Assembly (NCBI RefSeq): GCF_000146505.1
Contig: NC_017448.1
Coordinates: 690,001-722,000, forward strand
Reading direction: 5' to 3'
DNA length: 32,000 nt
Source: Fibrobacter succinogenes subsp. succinogenes S85
Lineage (GTDB): Bacteria > Fibrobacterota > Fibrobacteria > Fibrobacterales > Fibrobacteraceae
In this document: piece by piece, positions 24,799 through 32,000 of the stretch
Numbering within the stretch: the first letter of the stretch is position 1
How the letters are laid out: each line of letters begins with the position of its first letter
Translations under genes and position numbers: made by a program
The notes under the pieces: generated by a model
Seen by the model: only the letters and a program-made list of their open reading frames with translations
Database searches by the model: none
What the model was told of the DNA's origin: nothing

Positions 24799-26136
24799 AT
24801 GAATATCATCGAAACTTTGAACGCCGCAGGTCAGCAAGAACTGGCCCAACATTTGGAATCTTTGACGGGTGATGCCCGCGCAAATTTGGAACGCGATATT
24901 TTGAGCCAGGACTGGCAAGAACTCAAGGCTCTCCACGCCGAAAAGTCCGCAGCCAACTTGAGCGATAACGTTTCCGCCGACCTCACTCCAATGCCGTGGA
25001 AACTCGCGACCGACGATCTCCGTTATGATTTTTGGAAAGAAACAGGTGAAATTCTCCTCGGTCAAGGCAAAGTTGCCGCATTCCTCGTAGCAGGCGGTCA
25101 AGGTTCTCGTCTCGGTTTCGATGGTCCGAAGGGCATGTTCGATATCGGTCTCCCAAGCCACAAAAGTTTGTTCCAATTGCAGGCCGAACGCTTGCGCAAC
25201 TTGGGCGCCCGCGTTGGTCACGCCATCCCGTGGTGCATCATGACGAGTCCATTGAACCACGAAGCGACGGTCAACTTTTTCAGCGAAAACAACTTCTTTG
25301 GTTTAAACCGCGAAGATATCCGATTCTTCCAGCAGGGAACGATTTGCGCTCTCACCGCAGACGGCAAGGCTGTCCGCGACGGCGAAGACCATTTGGCTCT
25401 CGTACCCGATGGAAATGGCGGTTGCTTCCGCGCTCTCGCCCAGAGCGGCACGCTCGCCTGGCTTGTAGAACGCGGCGTGCAGTACGTGTTCCTCTACAGC
25501 GTCGATAACGCCCTTTGCCGCATTTGCGATCCGGCATTCATTGGCGCGCTCGCCGAAAAAGGCACAATCCTCAGCGCCTCGAAGGTCGTCCACAAGGCTG
25601 GTCCGAACGAAAAAGTCGGCATTTTCGCCTTCCAGAACAAGAAGCCAGGCGTTGTCGAATACAGCGACCTTCCGGAAAACTTCCGCGACATGACGAATGC
25701 TGACGGTTCCCTCACATTCGACGGCGGCAACATCGCGATTCACTTGTTTAAAATCAGCGGACTCCGCAAGTTGCAGACTAGCAAGCTCCCGTGGCACACC
25801 GCACGCAAAACTGTTTGTGGCATTGAAAAGTGCTTCAAGTTCGAACAGTTCCTCTTTGACGCATTCCCGCAGCTCGGTTCCATGCTCCCGTTCGGCGTCG
25901 TGCGCGAAGAAGAATTCAGCCCGGTCAAGAATGCCGAAGGCAACGATTCTCCAAAGACGGCTCGCATCATGATTGGCAAGCTCCACCGCGAATGGCTCCG
26001 CAAGGCACATGTGAAAATCGACGAAAAGAAGTTGTACGAGATTTCGCCGACCATTAGCTACGCAGGCGAAGGTCTCAAGCAGAGCGTCTTTGACCGCGAA
26101 CTCGGCAGAAACATCCTGGAATTTGACGAGGATTAG
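24799..26136 (+). CDS. UDP-N-acetylhexosamine/UDP-sugar pyrophosphorylase (eukaryotic UAP1-type UDPGP family)
   Basis: I chose the ATG at 24799. The track ORF from 24748 reads through the terminator hairpin. The motifs LVAGGQGSRLG, PDGNGG and the overall length fit the UDPGP family. Confidence 0.8.
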   Translation: MNIIETLNAAGQQELAQHLESLTGDARANLERDILSQDWQELKALHAEKSAANLSDNVSADLTPMPWKLATDDLRYDFWKETGEILLGQGKVAAFLVAGGQGSRLGFDGPKGMFDIGLPSHKSLFQLQAERLRNLGARVGHAIPWCIMTSPLNHEATVNFFSENNFFGLNREDIRFFQQGTICALTADGKAVRDGEDHLALVPDGNGGCFRALAQSGTLAWLVERGVQYVFLYSVDNALCRICDPAFIGALAEKGTILSASKVVHKAGPNEKVGIFAFQNKKPGVVEYSDLPENFRDMTNADGSLTFDGGNIAIHLFKISGLRKLQTSKLPWHTARKTVCGIEKCFKFEQFLFDAFPQLGSMLPFGVVREEEFSPVKNAEGNDSPKTARIMIGKLHREWLRKAHVKIDEKKLYEISPTISYAGEGLKQSVFDRELGRNILEFDED

Positions 26137-26189
26137 CGCCTTCGGCGCAGTAGACCGTAGGAAATAGGCGGAAGGAAGTAGGATTTGTC

Positions 26190-26221
26190 ATGCCCGCCGC
26201 CGAGCGGGCATTTCCTTTTTA
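26190..26221 (+). terminator. hairpin plus T-tract, copy 2 of the repeated 38-nt element
   Basis: The stem-loop atgcccgc-cgccga-gcgggcat is followed by TTCCTTTTTAT. It has 35/38 identity with 24748-24785. Confidence 0.7.
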
Positions 26222-26227
26222 TAGCGA

Positions 26228-27175
26228 ATGCACAGAATAAAAGTCATAACGTACAAGTTCCTAATCTACATTCTGCTGCGTTTGCCGGATGCGTTTTACG
26301 CAGTTCTTTTTGCTATCGTTTTCCCGGTTTACAAAGCTTTGCACAAGAAACGCGCCTACGGGCGCGTCGAAAAGCACTTGGCAACCGCAAAGAAATACGA
26401 GGCAAGAGAAAGCGACGGCACCAACAAGATGCAGCGCAATGTGAAAAGCCCGAGCCCAAACGCGATTGCAAAGATAAATGCGCGCGACACATTCAAAGGC
26501 ATTTTCTGGAATGCGCTCGAATCCTACCGCGGACTCGCACATATCAAAAGCGTTGAAAAGCGAATCGTGTACGAAAACGAACACATCATTCGCGATGCCA
26601 TCGCAGATTGTGCAAAAACTAACGCCCCCATCGCAGGCATCAGCATCCACCAAGGTGCCTTCGAGCTTTTGCACCGCGCACTCTGCCGCTACAGCGAACA
26701 CGTACACCTCATTACAGATTCCGTCGGCGACATCGCATTCCGCGAAGTCCTCAAAGACCTCCGCAGCGACCCGCACCTGACCGAATATCATCCCGATGAA
26801 ACAGGTTGCCTTATCCGCGAACTATTCCACACTAAAGGCATTCTCGCGATGGTCATCGACCAAGGCAAGCACACCAAAGGGAACACGGTCTCGCTATTCG
26901 GTCGCCCAAGTACGCTCTACTTGCGCCTCCCGCAAAAAATAAACGAGATGGGAGCAGGAATCGTCACATTCCGCACATGGAGCGAAAAGAAGCGCATCGT
27001 CATCCGCTTCGAAAAATATTACCCGCCAAAGTACGACGAAAGCTTCGGGAATGCAGAAAATGCCGCGTCATCAGAAAGCGCGCTCGTCACAAAAATCGCA
27101 CGCGAAGTTGAAACGTGGATTGCCGAGCACCCCGAACAGTGGAGCTGGAATTACCACGGGAACTTCATTGGCTAG
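26228..27175 (+). CDS. lipid A biosynthesis (LpxL/HtrB-like) lysophospholipid acyltransferase family protein
   Basis: The 315-aa ORF has an N-terminal membrane anchor, an HQGAFE (H-x4-E/D) catalytic-type motif and a length typical of the LpxL/LpxM family. Confidence 0.6.
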   Translation: MHRIKVITYKFLIYILLRLPDAFYAVLFAIVFPVYKALHKKRAYGRVEKHLATAKKYEARESDGTNKMQRNVKSPSPNAIAKINARDTFKGIFWNALESYRGLAHIKSVEKRIVYENEHIIRDAIADCAKTNAPIAGISIHQGAFELLHRALCRYSEHVHLITDSVGDIAFREVLKDLRSDPHLTEYHPDETGCLIRELFHTKGILAMVIDQGKHTKGNTVSLFGRPSTLYLRLPQKINEMGAGIVTFRTWSEKKRIVIRFEKYYPPKYDESFGNAENAASSESALVTKIAREVETWIAEHPEQWSWNYHGNFIG

Positions 27176-27236
27176 TAGCCATTTCAACAAATTTGAAGTT
27201 GCATTTTTTATATTTCGCAAAAAAGAAGGAAAAACA

Positions 27237-27692
27237 ATGCCTTTAAATGCAGATGAAGAATTTCAATTAGAGTGGATCAAGAACCACCAAATGGAAGACA
27301 AGGACGAACTTGCCGAAATCCAGGCCGAGGCTGAAGCCGAAGCAAGACCGCAACGCGCCACCCGTGGCAAGAAAATGCGCCGCAATCCCGCCGCCTGGGA
27401 AATGCCGAACCCCGAAGATGAAATCGACCTTCACGGCCTCACCTCCGAAGAAGCAGCCGAAGCCGTCGAGCGCCGCATCGACGACCTCCTCATCGCAGGT
27501 CTCAGCGTTCTGCGCGTGATTCACGGCGGTGGCAACCCGGAATACGGCAACGTCAAGCGCATCATCGACCGCAAAGTGCGCTCCGAATGGAAAAATCGAG
27601 TCGTTTTCTACAAGGTTGAACCCGACAACGCCGGTTCCAGCATCATGAAAATCGGCAAGCCTCGCCCGCAAGTTACAAAAAAGAAGAAATAA
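27237..27692 (+). CDS. Smr (small MutS-related) domain protein
   Basis: I chose the ATG at 27237 with a GAAGGA SD at 27224-27229. The Smr core is DLHGLTSEEAAEAVERRI...LRVIHGGG. The longer track ORF (27051) overlaps the preceding gene. Confidence 0.8.
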   Translation: MPLNADEEFQLEWIKNHQMEDKDELAEIQAEAEAEARPQRATRGKKMRRNPAAWEMPNPEDEIDLHGLTSEEAAEAVERRIDDLLIAGLSVLRVIHGGGNPEYGNVKRIIDRKVRSEWKNRVVFYKVEPDNAGSSIMKIGKPRPQVTKKKK

Positions 27693-27726
27693 TGAAAAAA
27701 ATTTCACTTTTTTTGCCCTTACCCCT

Positions 27727-27754
27727 TTAAAAGTGAAACGAAATTAACTATAAT
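27727..27754 (+). promoter_or_regulatory. candidate sigma70-type promoter for tRNA-Pro (TTAAAA-16 nt-TATAAT)
   Basis: The hexamers lie at 27727-27732 and 27749-27754, about 40 nt upstream of the tRNA. Confidence 0.3.
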
Positions 27755-27793
27755 TGTGCGCGTCAACGACGAAGCGTCAAGACAAAAACAAAA

Positions 27794-27867
27794 CGGAATA
27801 TAGCTCAGCCTGGTAGAGCGCTTGCTTCGGGAGCAAGAGGTCGTGAGTTCGAATCTCGCTATTCCGA
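27794..27867 (+). tRNA. tRNA-Pro (anticodon CGG)
   Basis: I folded the cloverleaf by hand. The acceptor is CGGAATA/TATTCCG and the D arm is GCTC..GAGC. The anticodon stem CTTGC/GCAAG carries the loop TTCGGGA (CGG, G37). The T arm GTGAG-TTCGAAT-CTCGC follows, with discriminator A. No CCA is encoded. Confidence 0.9.
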
Positions 27868-27879
27868 CTAAAACAAAAA

Positions 27880-27910
27880 AAAGACTCCTTTACGGAGTCT
27901 TTTTTTGTTT
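27880..27910 (+). terminator. rho-independent terminator after tRNA-Pro
   Basis: The stem agactcc (27882-27888) / ggagtct (27894-27900) is followed by TTTTTTGTTTT. Confidence 0.8.
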
Positions 27911-27944
27911 TATACTGATATTCCGAGAGATGAGAACTCACGAA

Positions 27945-28049
27945 GTGAGTTCGAGTAGCAGCGAGGCGAGCGTCGCAGCGGCAAGCAAGCTTGCCGATAT
28001 GACCGAGCCGAAGCAGCGGACGCCGTAGGCGTCCATCTCGCTATTCCGA
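27945..28049 (+). repeat. split copy of the last 25 nt of tRNA-Pro (10 nt + 80-nt insert + 15 nt)
   Basis: gtgagttcga (27945-27954) and atctcgctattccga (28035-28049) together equal tRNA positions 27843-27867. Confidence 0.8.
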
Positions 28050-28074
28050 TAATCCACGAAGGGTAAAAATTGAA

Positions 28075-28105
28075 ACGAAGTGAGCATTTTGTCTAATCTC
28101 GCTAT
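28075..28105 (+). repeat. second degenerate tRNA-Pro T-arm/acceptor fragment
   Basis: This fragment is acgaagtgag-cattttgtct-aatctcgctat. Both gtgag and the 11-mer aatctcgctat match the tRNA. The acgaagtgag prefix is shared with 27940-27949. Confidence 0.6.
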
Positions 28106-29004
28106 AAATTCTTTCCGCACCCAAATCGTCTTTCCGGATTCGGGCAATGATCTTCATGACCATCGGGCCAAACCCAAACTTCATCTGCAAACGGACATGA
28201 TTCGCACTTACCGCCAACAGCGCAAAGATCTACGCTATCACTAAAAAACAGACTTCCTTCATGCTTCACACTCAAAGCAGAATACACTCCCGACCGAAAC
28301 TCATTGCGCAAAGATTCTAGCTGCGCATCATCTAGCGCATACATTTCACGGAGCTCTTGCGAAGAGACGCTCAACACAACCACTTTATTCCACTTGATTC
28401 TGTCAATTCCAATCGCAGAAGCCCATGACACAATCTCCGGCACTTCGTGCAAATTCTTTTTATGCAGCGTCACTTGCAGCGATACCGTCGCGCATCTCGC
28501 ATTCTCACGCAGTCTATCGCGCACCCGAACCAACTTTTCAACGTTCGCTTTCCAACCGTCAAACTGTTCCGAAGCCAAATAGCTTACTTTGATATCGCGG
28601 CACGAACGCAATAGCACGCCCATCGCGTCTTCGCTCCCCCACTTTCCAGGGAACGTCCCATTCGTCGTGAGGTTCAACGGAATTCCAAGCGCCCTGCACA
28701 ACTCCAGCAGTTCGTCAAAATGCGAATAGAGTAATGGCTCCCCCATTGTCGAAGGAATTACTTCTCGCAGCAAGCGTTTACCCGAAGCATCTCGTTCGGC
28801 GGCATACTTTTCAACCGCCGCACGAGCAATTTCAAAATTCATCTCGCCCATGCCGAACGCGCAGCGGCCCCTATTATTATCCGGCGGGCGTTCCCCGTTA
28901 CAATTAGACTCGCCACAATTAAGCAAAGCCCGCTGGTTCAAAAAACACAGCGGACAATGCAAATTGCAAGCGTCAGGATTTGTAAGAAGCGTAATGCGAC
29001 GCAT
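28102..29004 (-). CDS. radical SAM protein with Cys-rich insert and C-terminal auxiliary Cys motif
   Basis: The 300-aa ORF has CNLHCPLC (C-x3-C-x2-C), MGEPLL and LTTNGT motifs. The C-terminus has C-x5-C-x2-C...C...C. A ~35-aa insert with 4 extra Cys directly follows the SAM cluster. Confidence 0.8.
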   Translation of the reverse strand: MRRITLLTNPDACNLHCPLCFLNQRALLNCGESNCNGERPPDNNRGRCAFGMGEMNFEIARAAVEKYAAERDASGKRLLREVIPSTMGEPLLYSHFDELLELCRALGIPLNLTTNGTFPGKWGSEDAMGVLLRSCRDIKVSYLASEQFDGWKANVEKLVRVRDRLRENARCATVSLQVTLHKKNLHEVPEIVSWASAIGIDRIKWNKVVVLSVSSQELREMYALDDAQLESLRNEFRSGVYSALSVKHEGSLFFSDSVDLCAVGGKCESCPFADEVWVWPDGHEDHCPNPERRFGCGKNL

Positions 29005-29016
29005 TTTCAGCGCGCC

Positions 29017-29883
29017 TTACTCCCTATGTTCTCTAAGGTACTTAATCGCAGCAAGTCCCGCAATAGCGCCTTCGCCCACAGCTACAGCCACCTGGAGAGT
29101 GCCACCCGTGCAGTCGCCTGCAGCAAAGAGACCCGGAACTGTTGTCTGGAAATCCTTATCGAGCACGAGCTTTCCAGCATCGAACGCAGCGCCAGCTTTC
29201 AAAGCCAAATCAGTTGCATTCGCGCTACCCATAGCGACGAACATGCCGTCAAAATTGGCTTCAAGGCCATCGTCAAACTTCACGCCTTCAAATTGCCCAG
29301 CGCCCTTGAGCCCCGTAATCTTACGGGTTTCAATCTTCACGCTTTCAGGGAATTTCGCTGTGAGCTCAGCACCGTTCGTCAAGAGTGTTACGCTGTTGAC
29401 TACAGACAAAAGTTCAGTCGCTTCATGCAACGCATACTCGCCCGAGCCAAGCACAGCCACATCCTTTTTACGATAAAAGAATGCATCGCAAACAGCGCAA
29501 TAACTCACGCCGTGGCCTTCCATTTCGGCCATTCCTGGGAGCGGGGTCTTCTTGCGGGCAGAGCCTGTTGCCATCAAGCAAACCTTGCCGCGATACGTAC
29601 CATTCAAGCCCGTCGCGACAAACCCAAAACCGTCAAACATGAGGTCCGTTACCTCATCGTCCACGATTTGCGCACCAAGAGCAATTGCCTGTTTCTTACC
29701 GACTTCGGCAAGTTCAGCTCCCGTGAGTGGTTTTTCAAGACCAAAATAATTTTCAATTTTGTGGGCCTTTGCAAGCGCGCCTACATCCTTACCCACAAGC
29801 TGAACCTCAAGTCCAGCACGAAGACCATAAAGGGCAGCCGAGACACCGGCCGGTCCATGCCCCAAAATCAATATATCAGCCAT
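29017..29883 (-). CDS. thioredoxin-reductase-like FAD-dependent pyridine nucleotide-disulfide oxidoreductase
   Basis: The 288-aa ORF has GHGPAG (FAD GxGxxG), a redox CAVC in YCAVCDAFFYR, a second GSGEYA dinucleotide motif and GLFAAGDC. Confidence 0.8.
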   Translation of the reverse strand: MADILILGHGPAGVSAALYGLRAGLEVQLVGKDVGALAKAHKIENYFGLEKPLTGAELAEVGKKQAIALGAQIVDDEVTDLMFDGFGFVATGLNGTYRGKVCLMATGSARKKTPLPGMAEMEGHGVSYCAVCDAFFYRKKDVAVLGSGEYALHEATELLSVVNSVTLLTNGAELTAKFPESVKIETRKITGLKGAGQFEGVKFDDGLEANFDGMFVAMGSANATDLALKAGAAFDAGKLVLDKDFQTTVPGLFAAGDCTGGTLQVAVAVGEGAIAGLAAIKYLREHRE

Positions 29884-29937
29884 AATAACCTCAACACTAA
29901 TATACGATTTTATTTATTTTAAAACACGTAATAATTA

Positions 29938-31074
29938 ATGATTTTGGATACCAGGACGATGTTGCAACGCTACCCGACGCGAGATTTATTTGTTGAAGCT
30001 GGATATGGTCCCAATTTTGCGGACCAGCTTATTCAGAATGCCTATAGCAAACTTTTTGAGGGCGATCCGATCGACGAGCGCATCTACTTTGAAGCGTCCG
30101 ACGACATGGCATACATCATCGACATTGGGCACGACGACATCCGTTCTGAAGGCATGAGCTATGGCATGTTCATTGCCGCGCTGACCGACCACGAAGTCAC
30201 GTTCGACAAGCTCTGGAACTTTTCCAAGCGTTTTGTCCGCAACAACGATGGTCCGCACAAAGGATATTTTTCATGGCAAGTCAACACGACCGACTTTTCC
30301 ATGATGGACCCAGGCGCAGCTCCTGATAGCGAAGAATACTTTGCAGCAGCCCTCCTTATCGCCGCAAAGAGATTCAACCGCGAAGACCTCCTCAACGATG
30401 CCAAAGAGCTCATCCATGATATCAAGTACAAACCGCAGAACGAACTTGTAGGCCCGATTATCGATCCGGAACGCAAGCTCATCAAGTTCTCCCCCGTTCT
30501 CGGCAACGACTTTACCGACCCAAGTTACCACACAATGGCATTCTACCGCATGTTCGCCGAAGCAACAGGCGATGAATCCTGGCTTGAAGTCGCACAGGCG
30601 AGCATTGAATTTTTGCAGAAGGCGGCCCACCCGGTCACCGGTCTTTGCGCTGACTATGCCGAATACGACGGCACACCAAAGGCCATGCCTTGGTTCCCCG
30701 AAAGCAACAACTTTAGCGGAGACGCATGGCGCGTTGCGCTCAACTTGAGCCTCGACTATGCCATCTTCCACGGACACGAAAGCGAAAAAGAAATCTGCGA
30801 ACGCATCTTGCACTTCTTCCAGAACTGCACACCGTACCTCTCCGACTACTCCGTCGACGGAGGTCCGTATCCGCATCAAGGCAGAAACGCGACGCCAGGG
30901 CTTATCGCCATGAACGCAGCAGCCACGCAAGTGCTCCCGGTCGATGACCCGCGCATTACGCCGTTTGTCAGGCGCCTTGCAGCGCTCTCCGTGCCCTATC
31001 GTTTTTGGCGCTACTATGACGGGATGTTGTACTTAATCGGATTACTCGCCACCGCGGGAAAAATCACACTCTAA
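29938..31074 (+). CDS. glycoside hydrolase family 8, Rex-like (reducing-end xylose-releasing exo-oligoxylanase type), no signal peptide
   Basis: The 378-aa ORF aligns by eye along its length with Bacillus halodurans Rex8A, as I recall that sequence. Matching blocks are IRSEGMSYGM, GYFSW, APDSEEYFA, KLIKFSP, DPSYH, YDGTP, GLIAMNA and YYDGMLYL. Confidence 0.8.
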   Translation: MILDTRTMLQRYPTRDLFVEAGYGPNFADQLIQNAYSKLFEGDPIDERIYFEASDDMAYIIDIGHDDIRSEGMSYGMFIAALTDHEVTFDKLWNFSKRFVRNNDGPHKGYFSWQVNTTDFSMMDPGAAPDSEEYFAAALLIAAKRFNREDLLNDAKELIHDIKYKPQNELVGPIIDPERKLIKFSPVLGNDFTDPSYHTMAFYRMFAEATGDESWLEVAQASIEFLQKAAHPVTGLCADYAEYDGTPKAMPWFPESNNFSGDAWRVALNLSLDYAIFHGHESEKEICERILHFFQNCTPYLSDYSVDGGPYPHQGRNATPGLIAMNAAATQVLPVDDPRITPFVRRLAALSVPYRFWRYYDGMLYLIGLLATAGKITL

Positions 31075-31084
31075 GGAGGATCGT

Positions 31085-31999
31085 ATGAAACTACCTGCCA
31101 TCTTATTCATTGCGGCAAGCTCTATTGCTTTTACCGCCTGCGACGATGTTCGTGTTGAAAAATACCCAAACGGGAACGTCCGCTTCGAAGCCACCTACGT
31201 CAACGACAAGAAGGAAGGCATCGAAAAGGAATACTACGATGACGGTACGCTCAAGCGAGAATCCAATTACGTGAATGACCGCCGAGAAGGTGTGACCAAG
31301 GAATACTACAAAGACGGCACACTCCAATCTGAACTCCCGTACGTGAACGGCTACGTCGAAGGAACTGTTATCCGTTACCACAAGAACGGCAAGGTTGCAA
31401 CAAAGGCTGAATACAAGCAAAATAAGCAAGTTGCCTTCGGCGAAACATACAACGAAGACGGAACCCCCGCCACAAGCGGAAGCTACAAGGATCCGCGTGA
31501 CGGCATCTCCTATGAATGGATTGTCATTGGCGACCAGCTCTGGACTGCAGAAAACATGAACTTCGCTACCGCTTCCGGTGCAATTTGTTCACAATGCAAC
31601 CACTGGGGACGCCTCTACGACTTCCAAAACGCACAAAAAGCTTGCCTCGAAGGATTCCATATGCCGAGCAAGGCCGAATGGCAAAAGCTCCTGAAAGTCG
31701 CCGGTAAAAAGCCGGGTGTCGCTCTCAAGGCTGGCTACGGCTGGGATCCAATCAAGCCGGAATCCCCGATTTTCGGAAACGGCAAGGATGAACTCGGATT
31801 TGGCGCAAAGGCTGGCGGCGCACACTTTGCCAAGAGCGATGTCGCTATAAAGGACCGCAAGTTTGATGAAGCCGGTAAAAAGGCATACTTCTGGACAAGA
31901 GAAGGAGACGTCCTCGTATTCTTCCACGACAAGGATATCGCCAAATTCGAAAAGTTCAATCCCGAATTCGGCGCAAGCCTCCGCTGCTTGAAAGACTAA
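31085..31999 (+). CDS. lipoprotein with MORN-variant (YwqK-like) repeats and a Fibrobacter succinogenes major paralogous (FISUMP-like) domain
   Basis: The signal/lipobox is MKLPAILFIAASSIAFTAC. Four Y-x-N/D-G-x-h-x-x-E-x-x-Y-x-N-x-x-x-E-G repeats follow. After them comes WTAENMNF...GRLYDF..A...C..GFHMPSKAEWQKLL, which matches the TIGR02145-type pattern from memory. Confidence 0.8.
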   Translation: MKLPAILFIAASSIAFTACDDVRVEKYPNGNVRFEATYVNDKKEGIEKEYYDDGTLKRESNYVNDRREGVTKEYYKDGTLQSELPYVNGYVEGTVIRYHKNGKVATKAEYKQNKQVAFGETYNEDGTPATSGSYKDPRDGISYEWIVIGDQLWTAENMNFATASGAICSQCNHWGRLYDFQNAQKACLEGFHMPSKAEWQKLLKVAGKKPGVALKAGYGWDPIKPESPIFGNGKDELGFGAKAGGAHFAKSDVAIKDRKFDEAGKKAYFWTREGDVLVFFHDKDIAKFEKFNPEFGASLRCLKD

Positions 32000-32000
32000 C

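Noticed and set aside
27702-27738. 10-bp inverted repeat tttcactttt/aaaagtgaaa after the Smr gene as a terminator
   Set aside because: The stem is AT-rich, the loop is 17 nt, and no T-tract follows on the plus strand. It also overlaps the putative tRNA promoter -35. It is possibly regulatory but not supportable as a terminator.
27822-28028. 68-aa plus-strand ORF starting inside tRNA-Pro, and the 69-aa minus-strand ORF 27938-28147
   Set aside because: These overlap the tRNA, its terminator and the tRNA-fragment repeats. There is no coding signal, so they are not credible as an rSAM precursor peptide.

Overview
This is a densely coding bacterial chromosomal window with about 31 protein genes on both strands and one tRNA-Pro(CGG). 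I saw no rRNA, CRISPR array, transposase or integrase. The last gene (31085-31999) is a lipoprotein with MORN-like repeats and a C-terminal region that looks like the Fibrobacter succinogenes major paralogous domain. Together with the many lipobox proteins, this suggests a Fibrobacter-like (FCB group) genome; that is inference only. Recognisable housekeeping or envelope genes are purC, a Cys-less L31 (rpmE type B), rpsT, mraY, a UAP1-type UDP-sugar pyrophosphorylase, an LpxL-family acyltransferase, a DegT-type aminotransferase, a Cof-type HAD phosphatase, an NrnA-like DHH phosphoesterase, a LysE exporter, an Smr protein, a TrxB-like flavoprotein and a Rex-like GH8 enzyme. Two modules stand out as candidate uncharacterised systems. 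(1) At 7044-10063, three tandem paralogous Cys-rich lipoproteins with a nearly invariant leader (KHWKK...FFWxGC) are followed by a radical SAM/SPASM enzyme. This operon is transcribed divergently from a GT-C(PMT/ArnT-like)-NPCBM fusion glycosyltransferase operon (2377-6838). (2) At 12386-18542, a tightly packed five-gene operon encodes an intact MglA-type Ras-like GTPase with a ~120-aa disordered tail, an MglB/Roadblock protein, a membrane-anchored small protein, a 964-aa predicted outer-membrane barrel and an Omp85-family protein. Smaller observations are listed here:
- a 243-bp-offset duplication of the Omp85 gene 3' end that differs only at synonymous sites
- an (AGTTCTA)x9 array abutting a -10 box
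- three TATATT-N7-ATG leaderless-type starts
- a repeated hairpin module between envelope genes
- tRNA-Pro 3'-end fragments downstream of the tRNA
- an L31 gene whose conserved N-terminus lacks a start codon
- a second radical SAM gene paired with a TrxB-like gene
All functional calls rest on motif recognition by eye. No database search was possible.
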